From: a virus
Reading direction: 5' to 3' (one strand)
IMG/VR virus record: IMGVR_UViG_3300044856_000216
Span: 127,916-191,915 of that record
DNA: 64,000 nt
The notes beneath the pieces were generated by a model. The model had not been told where the DNA came from. It searched no databases and saw only the letters and a list, made by a program, of their open reading frames with translations. Positions within the stretch are counted from its first letter, which is position 1, and every line of letters begins with the position of its first letter. Below, piece by piece: positions 28,501 through 34,791 of the stretch. The position numbers and the translations under genes were made by a program.

Positions 28501-29892
28501 GCAAAAGCTAAAATCAAGGCTTACTATACGGAAATTGAAAGTGGTAATCCTAGCATGAGTTTGGATAGAATTCATGGTGAGATTATGAAGATTTACAATG
28601 CTGAAGTTGAAGCTGGTCGTGCTGGCAGAAGTTTCTTTGATACATTAAAGAATAGTGGATTTCATCAATTAGCTGCTCAGATGTCAGGTATGTTTGGATT
28701 TTATGATGTTATTAATATTGGGAAACAAGCGATTAGTACAATTGTAAGTCTTGACGATGCTTTAGTTGATTTAAAGAAAACTACGGCAATGAACAAAACT
28801 CAGCTTGAGCAATACTATTATGACGCTAATGATGTTGCGAAACAGATGGGTGTAACTACAGAAGAGATTATTAACCAAAGTTCCGCTTGGTCTAGGCTTG
28901 GATACAATACTGCTGAAGCTTCTACGGAAATGGCAAAACTTAGTTCTCAGTTTGCTTCTATTTCTCCTGGAATGGGAGTTGATGAAGCTCAGAGCGGATT
29001 AGTCTCAATCATGAAAGCATGGTCAATAGATCCAGATCAAGTAAAGTCTGAAATTATGGACCCTATAAATCAGCTTGGAAACACAATGGCTGAAGACAAC
29101 CAAGATATTGTAGAGGGTATGGAACGTTCTGCCGCTGCACTTGCTGCTGTTGGTACTTCTACAAAAGATGCTTTTGCTTTATTTTCAGGTATACAAGAAG
29201 TTTTGCAAAATGCAGAAAAAAGTGGTACTTCCCTCAAGAGCGTTGCCTTACGACTGCGATCTTTTGACGAAACGACAGGAGAATATTCTGAGGATTTAGC
29301 AAATATCACAGGCGAATTAATAGATTTAACTAAAACTGCTGAACATGCAGAAGGAGTTTCTATTTTCAAACCTGGTTCAACTACAGAGTTCAAAGATTTA
29401 ACTGATTATTTCAGAGAGATTGCAGGTATCTGGGATGAGATGACACAGAAGCAGCAAAATGATTTTCTTATCAAGGCTTTTGGTCGTAATCAAGCTCAAG
29501 CAGGTGCTGCTCTTATTCAGAACTTTAAAGCTGTTGATAAAGCTCTCGCTGAAATGGGTGAAAGTGCTGGCAGCTCGGATAAAGAAATGGAAGCTGTAGA
29601 ATCCTCTCTTTCTTATAAAATCAACGCACTTAAGGAAACTTGGGTTGGCTGTGTGCAAGATATGATAGACAGAGGAGACTTAGGTACAATTGTAACTGGT
29701 CTTACAAAAGTCTCAGAAGCTATTACTTTCTTACTTGATAAATTGGGTATTCTTGGCTCTATTGGATTAGGAGCAGGAATATTCTCAGGAATTAAAAATG
29801 TCGGTGGGAATAAAATGCATTTCCCGATGAATATACTCGACAACATACATAATTTACTTTGGATACAAAGGTTTAGAGTATGTTATCCGTGA
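25549..29892 (+). CDS. tail tape measure protein, N-terminal part (TP901-type core domain)
   Basis: Long coiled coils are followed by the core VSLDDALVDLKKTTAMNKTQLEQYYYDANDVAKQMGVTTEEIINQSSAWSRLGYN...GLVSIMKAW. Then comes the hydrophobic Gly-rich segment LGILGSIGLGAGIFSGIKNVGG, which ends at nt 29808. 27 unrelated residues follow before the stop. Confidence 0.85.
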   Translation: MPGMYKYSMEIESNVKKLLLDTKELQDRMDTLEGKEYKINLNIDEKKLGNVISNLEKMLDSLGKGTGDFKQFENLSKELSSIVSEVQSLSKAFGKVDDSGTKTLLSSIQNIDKSLSELSQNILNVNKNMSNMGGNTSGAVKQVENISDAYQNAAKEAEKLADAQSKIGQKTNISLGDSKEQSTEIDLYHNLEKRKVTYDEIIDKIQTIISLKEKEKSLSKTSDDTKLYQKLYDENDINWAGDTEGTINRISDRLKEIYIKYNGKISLINENDIQEAAYLLDILKGAGESPNLNKSQEKFYQNKKFSNDSLFDNIHVDSQKTGEIDKINTELSETYRWFNQLEGVSLNENIANEIKSLISDMQIGGKNANEYANDLLKIFNIEVGSNSVVEQQNKLQSELKETESQAEKTTMAVKEVSSTASTEQKKDAFPSTEATASVEKTTQAIREENNALDETVSKAKQAASESTKTRDIVSQNWYREKGTVVGKDSKGNDITRDADEFSFVERLKNGQLQTVLATYDEETGKWAEQVINVRTAFEQVEKAIISADNKIASLEIAKERTLASHPGYDATADDNQIAIERKKRDELQATLNLYGSEKEYVFEIEAATKRIADNQKRLNNKKQSQTNLRQAVSDEKDAKANEQANKRDAKQAQIEAENIKLAEQKSIYNELIDSIDRYSTVSKRIESGKAFEGDYEEAARLQEKIEELQNNPILSQEQLDASQRKLEKIETTLEDIATAKAKSDSIKVDSENVKNIQAEWDKNIKAIQDYMDAMTKLNNLKAKDKGTGSEANQIALQTQNVEELKQAAWDARKNLSSIQAENPDIIAWKQWVDMMELFDQASKGSAESAAKLKDVLDNIKAPSLDKYENKLASYQTKKGAYNATIARFNDGGWTSDEYLKNVQAVKDAVNEYETLLNELKGKDASLVTSDDISKLDEYEKKIKDAIATVTNMSAAEKGYNFVSGQKELDKIHKLLNENSKMSSEAKAKIKAYYTEIESGNPSMSLDRIHGEIMKIYNAEVEAGRAGRSFFDTLKNSGFHQLAAQMSGMFGFYDVINIGKQAISTIVSLDDALVDLKKTTAMNKTQLEQYYYDANDVAKQMGVTTEEIINQSSAWSRLGYNTAEASTEMAKLSSQFASISPGMGVDEAQSGLVSIMKAWSIDPDQVKSEIMDPINQLGNTMAEDNQDIVEGMERSAAALAAVGTSTKDAFALFSGIQEVLQNAEKSGTSLKSVALRLRSFDETTGEYSEDLANITGELIDLTKTAEHAEGVSIFKPGSTTEFKDLTDYFREIAGIWDEMTQKQQNDFLIKAFGRNQAQAGAALIQNFKAVDKALAEMGESAGSSDKEMEAVESSLSYKINALKETWVGCVQDMIDRGDLGTIVTGLTKVSEAITFLLDKLGILGSIGLGAGIFSGIKNVGGNKMHFPMNILDNIHNLLWIQRFRVCYP

Positions 29893-30350
29893 GATACACG
29901 GTGATAAACACCCTATAACGTCTGAATAGACTTGTATGCCATAAACATACAACTGGGAATTACGTCAAACTCACACTACTCTCCTATTTTGGTAACAAAT
30001 TAGGCTATAGTGACAATGTGTGAACTCGTATGGTCAGGTCGGAAGCTTCCTTATTATAAGGAATAACCGCCACAGTAATGCTATGGGTGAGATTCAGTAT
30101 ATGAAATGATACTGATGAGAATAGACATTCGATGCTATTATGGAGCGTAGCCATAAAATTATGAGTTAGGAACTTATCTCCTACTTCTACGTTAAGTTTG
30201 AACCAATTGTTCCTTGGTAGATAAGATGGAACAAAAAGAAGTAAATCTCGATTTCTTTCGAGGTAAAAACAGAGAATAATAAAATAGAGAGCAGATTACT
30301 CTACTCTCTTATATATGAAAATGATATAATATTCCCACCAGATTTTCTAA

Positions 30351-30431
30351 CTACGCACAAAGCTTAATGACAATAATTAATGCCACTATTGCTATGATAA
30401 AACTTGTACTAACCTTTATCTTACACTTCAT
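30351..30431 (-). CDS. 26-aa hydrophobic peptide (type I toxin-like)
   Basis: MKCKIKVSTSFIIAIVALIIVIKLCA. GGAAGGAGA lies 8 nt upstream of the ATG. A hairpin (AGAGAG/CTCTCT plus T-rich tail) lies downstream on the minus strand. Confidence 0.5.
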   Translation of the reverse strand: MKCKIKVSTSFIIAIVALIIVIKLCA

Positions 30432-30588
30432 GGTAATTGTCTCCTTCCTATGTTAATAAATCCTATTGGGATTTGCATTGAAAGGCGTAATGCTCAAGCT
30501 AGTGCCCGATACAACGACCTATGTAGTTATACTTATCTGGCTCTCCAACACTTATCTTTTGAATAAGTTTTCCACATGGAGAATAATA

Positions 30589-30622
30589 AAATGAGGACTG
30601 TCGTGATGACCAGCCCTCATTT
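30589..30622 (-). terminator. hairpin terminator for the minus-strand small gene
   Basis: AAATGAGG / CCTCATTT 8-bp stem, followed on the minus strand by TTTATTATT. Confidence 0.55.
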
Positions 30623-30667
30623 AAGGAATAAAAGGAAATAAATTATGACTTATACAAAAGAATAAAA

Positions 30668-30847
30668 TTATTTAGATTGATGTTTGTCTTTTGCAATCAT
30701 GTGAGTTATGTATTTTACTTTCTCATTACTGAGTTCAGGATGTTTGCAAATCAGTATTGTGACTACTAATTTGAGAATCAAATATCCAAAGTAACATACT
30801 CCTACACTGCCTAAGACTTTCAATAATTGTGTTAGACCTACTAACAA
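30668..30847 (-). CDS. 59-aa small membrane protein (TTG start)
   Basis: AGGGAGGG lies 5 nt before the TTG. Sequence LVGLTQLLKVLGSVGVCYFGYLILKLVVTILIC followed by a charged tail. One residue below the ORF-track length cut-off. Confidence 0.45.
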   Translation of the reverse strand: MLVGLTQLLKVLGSVGVCYFGYLILKLVVTILICKHPELSNEKVKYITHMIAKDKHQSK

Positions 30848-31094
30848 TTCTACCCTCCCTTCTGTAGAAATTTCATAACATTAGGGAAATCGTATTGCCC
30901 AGAACGGGCTGAATTTATTTCCAAAATAGTGTTTGATTCTACGCAAACACTCCCACATGGTAACTAAAGAAAAGTACCAAGCACTTGCCGTGACGATGGA
31001 CTGCAATGTGGTCATACAGTCGTAGTATGCTTGGTGCTATTATACCATGTAGTATTTTTGATTAACAGATAGAACATTTTGTCGATTTTTGGAA

Positions 31095-31163
31095 CACAAA
31101 AATAGAATATTTTGTGAAATTGAGTTCACATCTATTTACAAAATTTAGTATCTGTGTTATCTT
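31095..31163 (+). promoter_or_regulatory. promoter with an upstream inverted repeat, in front of the DUF262 gene
   Basis: Inverted repeat CACAAAAATA-gaa-TATTTTGTG (31095-31116). Direct repeats ATAGAAYATTTTGT. -35 TTTACA (31135-31140), 17-nt spacer, TGtTATCTT (31155-31163). Confidence 0.4.
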
Positions 31164-31204
31164 CAAAATAGTAAAAATTTTCAATTTTTGAAGGAGGTAA
31201 CACG

Positions 31205-32203
31205 ATGAAAAATTCTAGTAAAGAAAGAACTCTACAGTGGATAAATACTCAGAATAAAAAGGGTAATATATCCTTTGAACACCGTTTACAGCGTCCGACT
31301 GGGCAGTGGAATAATCGCATGAAAAGTCTATTGATTCATAGTTTATTAAGTGGTATTCCAGTTAATCCAATTTATGTTGTAGAGGAAGAAAATGTAATCT
31401 ATCCGTTAGATGGCTCTCAGAGAACATCAACTTGTATTGATTATATTAATGATGTATTTTCATTAAGCAAAGATACTCCAAATATATCTATTGCTGTAAA
31501 AGAAAATGGAGAACAAACAATTAAGGAATATGAAATTGCAGGAAAGAAATTTAAAAAGCTTGATAACGAGGTGAAAGAAACCCTTCTTGCTTGTACCTTA
31601 GAATTCTGCACACTGTCTGATTATACAGATGAGGAAGTAAAAATCATGTTCGCTCGTCAGAATTCAGGAAAACCTTTGAATGGTAAATTGCTTCGTGTGG
31701 TTCATGAATCAGATGAGTTCAGCGAAATGGTCTACTCTCTCGCTAATCATCCATTTATGGATAAAATCATGTCAAAGACACAGCGTAAGAATGGAACAGA
31801 CAGAGATACAATTATTCAAGCTATGATGCTTATCTCTTCTAATCAAGAACAGGAATTTACATCTTTTAGAACAAAAGATATTGATACCTATGTAACTGAT
31901 TATGCAGATCAGTATCTTGATAGAGCTGATACTTTAAAAGAGGCTATGGATAGATTTAATGAAGCATTTGATGGTGAAATAAAAATTCCATCCACAAGTA
32001 TCCCACAAATTTTATATAGTGGTTATAGAATCGTTAAAGATAAGAAGTCATTCTCTCGTCTCGTAGAAAAGGTGTCTGAATTTATTGCAACTTATGATTC
32101 TAATGAGGAATATAAACAGTATGTTCAGAGTGGTACAGGCAGCAAAGAAAATGTCAAAGGACGTTTTGATTATTGGCGTGGAATTGTAAAGACATTGCAG
32201 TAA
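31205..32203 (+). CDS. DUF262 (ParB/GmrSD N-terminal domain-like) protein without a DUF1524 nuclease domain
   Basis: HRLQRPTGQWNNRMKSLLIHSLLSGIPVNPIYV...YPLDGSQRTSTCIDYI and MFARQNSGKPLNGKLL match the DUF262 signature (QR..W, DGQQR-like). AAGGAGG SD. Confidence 0.65.
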   Translation: MKNSSKERTLQWINTQNKKGNISFEHRLQRPTGQWNNRMKSLLIHSLLSGIPVNPIYVVEEENVIYPLDGSQRTSTCIDYINDVFSLSKDTPNISIAVKENGEQTIKEYEIAGKKFKKLDNEVKETLLACTLEFCTLSDYTDEEVKIMFARQNSGKPLNGKLLRVVHESDEFSEMVYSLANHPFMDKIMSKTQRKNGTDRDTIIQAMMLISSNQEQEFTSFRTKDIDTYVTDYADQYLDRADTLKEAMDRFNEAFDGEIKIPSTSIPQILYSGYRIVKDKKSFSRLVEKVSEFIATYDSNEEYKQYVQSGTGSKENVKGRFDYWRGIVKTLQ

Positions 32204-32214
32204 AAAAAAGATAA

Positions 32215-32240
32215 AGAGTAGTCGGTGGCTACTCTTCTTT
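32215..32240 (+). terminator. rho-independent terminator
   Basis: AGAGTAG / CTACTCT stem followed by TCTTTC. Confidence 0.6.
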
Positions 32241-32341
32241 CATGTTCGTTTATAAACATACGTTCTGAATAGTATTATGCAATATCTTGTCGTATAATAT
32301 TTGGTATAAATTATCAAAAATATACGAGAGGAGAATTAGAA

Positions 32342-33037
32342 ATGGTAAAATATGTTTATTGTGGATTATATGATATTGATCTTCATGGCGAAACATATGC
32401 AGAATTTGATGGTGAACATCCAACGATGATAGTTCAAACTAAAAAAGAACCTAAAATGTACATTGTAATACCATTTACTTCATACGAACCGAACAGGTGG
32501 AAGAAGTTAAAGAAAAAGATGTGTTGTAGAGTTGAATCAACTAATTCTATTGCAAGAATTGATAGGATTAAAATTATTAACGATTCAGATATTACCAAAA
32601 GATGGATTGATATTGAAAAGAAAAGTTTACTTGTACCGAGCAAAGAAGATGTTGAAAAAGTGTTAAAGAAGTCTTTAGCATATATAGAAGCGTCCTTTAA
32701 TCAATCCTATTCATTTTATTTAGATTATTTAAAAGAGCGTGAAGTTTTGGAAGATAATATTAAAAAGACATTTATAGATTTTGATTTTAATAATTCTATA
32801 TTTACGTTTGATTTTACAGAAGATAATGTTACAAAAATATCTTTTCCAATGGGTTATGTAAAATCTATGGCAATGATAGATATACAAGATTTCTTTAATA
32901 ATATATTTAATAGAAGGAAATTCACTGTTAAAATTATAGATTCCAAAAAACTAATTGTTGTTTCTGTTAAAAATAGTGATAAAAAAATGTTGACAATCAA
33001 AGAGAAGTATGATAGTATAATCTCAACAGAAGGGTAG
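32342..33037 (+). CDS. MazF/PemK-like toxin domain fused to a ~115-aa unknown C-terminal domain
   Basis: The N-terminus aligns by eye with EndoA/MazF. GLYDIDLHGETYAEFDGEHPTMIVQT corresponds to GDVYFADL..GSEQGGVRPVLVIQ. YIVIPFTS is the T-S strand. ARIDRIKIINDSDI corresponds to EQIRTIDKQRL. GAGAGGAGAA SD. Confidence 0.5.
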   Translation: MVKYVYCGLYDIDLHGETYAEFDGEHPTMIVQTKKEPKMYIVIPFTSYEPNRWKKLKKKMCCRVESTNSIARIDRIKIINDSDITKRWIDIEKKSLLVPSKEDVEKVLKKSLAYIEASFNQSYSFYLDYLKEREVLEDNIKKTFIDFDFNNSIFTFDFTEDNVTKISFPMGYVKSMAMIDIQDFFNNIFNRRKFTVKIIDSKKLIVVSVKNSDKKMLTIKEKYDSIISTEG

Positions 33038-33205
33038 CTTTACTATATGGGTATAAATCCAACTGTTATTTTTGTATACCACAGCATTGAGAGCATTCTT
33101 TATGATGTAAGGCTAAGTGCATTTGATGTATAATTTTTATTTGATTTACATATAGTATAATAGCGTAAAGGGTATCGAAAGTGTAAATCCAAACGCATTG
33201 AGATT

Positions 33206-33236
33206 AAAAAGCATCTGCTAACGCAGGTGCTTTTTA
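33206..33236. terminator. bidirectional hairpin terminator
   Basis: AGCATCTGC-taac-GCAGGTGCT stem flanked by AAAAA and TTTTT. Confidence 0.6.
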
Positions 33237-33358
33237 TATTATAATAAACAACAATAAAGAGCAAATGTATTCACACTTGCTCTGCTCTTCTATCCTAATT
33301 CATCTTGGCATAGTCGAAACATATATTTAGACGGTTCTCTTTTTCAATACAAACAAAA

Positions 33359-33385
33359 AGAGTAGTAATTTCTCACTACTCTTCT
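33359..33385 (+). terminator. hairpin carrying the ACTACTCT motif
   Basis: AGAGTAGT / ACTACTCT 8-bp stem followed by TCTATCCC. Confidence 0.45.
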
Positions 33386-33416
33386 ATCCCATTTAAAAAT
33401 CAGAGCCGCAGTTATT

Positions 33417-33626
33417 GTGGATTTAAAAGGATCTAATGATATACTTTCAGAGTTGGCGCAAAGTCTATATTTTAAATATAAAGAACAACTATCAGTATTA
33501 CAATGGAAAAATATTATGAGGGAGGTTGTTGATATAACTTCAAAATATGATAATACAATAGATACAAATATAAATTTTGAAGTTATTCGAAAAATAGAAA
33601 ATAATGGGAATATATTTTACAAATGA
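33417..33626 (+). CDS. doubtful small ORF (possible gene remnant)
   Basis: GTG start without an SD. A 56-aa ORF in another frame overlaps its end (33604-33774), which suggests a frameshifted remnant. Confidence 0.2.
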   Translation: MDLKGSNDILSELAQSLYFKYKEQLSVLQWKNIMREVVDITSKYDNTIDTNINFEVIRKIENNGNIFYK

Positions 33627-33812
33627 TTATTTTGATATCTCTAATATAATAGAGAGAATAAAAGATGAATTGTTTTTAAATAGGTATCCAATATTCAAAT
33701 TAGATTTAGATTTAATTAGAAGTAGGAATTTTAAGACAGGTATTTCACCTGTCTTATTTAATTGGGAAAAATAAGTAGATAATAATTCATACACATATTT
33801 ATAATAATAAAG

Positions 33813-33842
33813 AAAAAAGACTCATCTTTTGACAAGTCTTTT
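33813..33842. terminator. bidirectional terminator downstream of the repressor gene
   Basis: AAAAAGACT / AGTCTTTTT stem with A and T tracts on both sides. Confidence 0.55.
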
Positions 33843-33886
33843 ACTACTCTATTATTATTTAGAAAGGTCGTGAAATTATGCCATGA

Positions 33887-33976
33887 ATGAAAGGTATTTA
33901 TAGATTTAATCCTGCTTTGGTTGGAGTAATTATAGGATTGATTATTGATTTAATCTTATGCGTAGTACTTCCCTAA
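33887..33976 (+). CDS. 29-aa hydrophobic peptide candidate
   Basis: MKGIYRFNPALVGVIIGLIIDLILCVVLP. Weak or no SD. Convergent with the repressor gene. Confidence 0.25.
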   Translation: MKGIYRFNPALVGVIIGLIIDLILCVVLP

Positions 33977-34006
33977 TAAAAACTCTACAAAATACTTATG
34001 ACAATA

Positions 34007-34612
34007 TTATAATATGATCTTTACAATCTTCCCAATAATTCTATAATTATTGTCATAAATATATCTATCTTCATGTGAAAATTCTCTATTTAAGGATTTA
34101 AACCATATATGGTCAGATTGTTGATTGTATTGTTTACATATTACGTCTCCGTTTATTTCAGCAATGACATTTTGACCATCTAACTCATATGGATCGAATT
34201 TTGTATCTAGTAAAACAACGCTATCGTCTGGAATTGTGTCTTCCATGCTTTTTCCTTTTATATGAATACCAAAAACAGCATTGTCAGGAATATAATCGGT
34301 AATAATATCTTCTATTTCAAAATCTCCATCTCTACCTATCATGCCTGCACCTGCGGCTGCTTGTTGATCGTATACTGGAAATCTATAGATATTCTGTATA
34401 TTCATAGATTTTATGTTTGTCCTATCTAGTAAATAATCAACAGAACAATTAAAGTAAGAAGCAATTTTACAAAGTGCTTCTGCATTAGGGGTGGACTTTT
34501 TACTAGGGTTTAACCAATCTGATATATTTCCAGTAGAAATATTTGTAGCTTTTGAAAGTCTTGCGCTTTCTCCTCTTTTATTTAATAGACTTTTTAAATG
34601 AATAAGTTCCAT
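34007..34612 (-). CDS. CI/LexA-like repressor (XRE HTH plus S24 peptidase domain)
   Basis: N-terminal HTH ESARLSKATNISTGNISDW. C-terminal GKSMEDTIPDDSVVLLD (Ser nucleophile) and VICKQY (Lys). Confidence 0.8.
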   Translation of the reverse strand: MELIHLKSLLNKRGESARLSKATNISTGNISDWLNPSKKSTPNAEALCKIASYFNCSVDYLLDRTNIKSMNIQNIYRFPVYDQQAAAGAGMIGRDGDFEIEDIITDYIPDNAVFGIHIKGKSMEDTIPDDSVVLLDTKFDPYELDGQNVIAEINGDVICKQYNQQSDHIWFKSLNREFSHEDRYIYDNNYRIIGKIVKIIL

Positions 34613-34668
34613 ATAATTACCTCTCTTCTACATAATTTACCATATTTTTCCAATATAATAAAGCTATA

Positions 34669-34728
34669 TTGACATTTTCGTGTATGCGAGTTATTATATT
34701 AACACTCGTTTATGCGAGATTTTATATT
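34669..34728 (+). promoter_or_regulatory. rightward sigma-A-type promoter overlapped by two direct operator-like repeats
   Basis: TTGACA (34669-34674), 17-nt spacer, TATTAT (34692-34697). Repeats CGTGTATGCGAGTTATTATATT (34679-34700) and CGTTTATGCGAGATTTTATATT (34707-34728) match at 19 of 22 positions. Confidence 0.6.
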
Positions 34729-34791
34729 GCAAACATAAGTTCTCGTTGTCGAGAATGGTTCAATTTGGTAAAATGAAAGGAGATTTTTGTT

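Noticed and set aside
29809-30300. A group I or group II intron as the explanation for the split tape measure gene.
   Set aside because: There is no GUGYG 5' end, no domain V-like hairpin near the 3' junction, and no recognisable P7/P3 core by eye. The intervening 7.8 kb has independent promoters and terminators on both strands. I cannot exclude an intron without covariance-model searches, so it remains a test in the finding.
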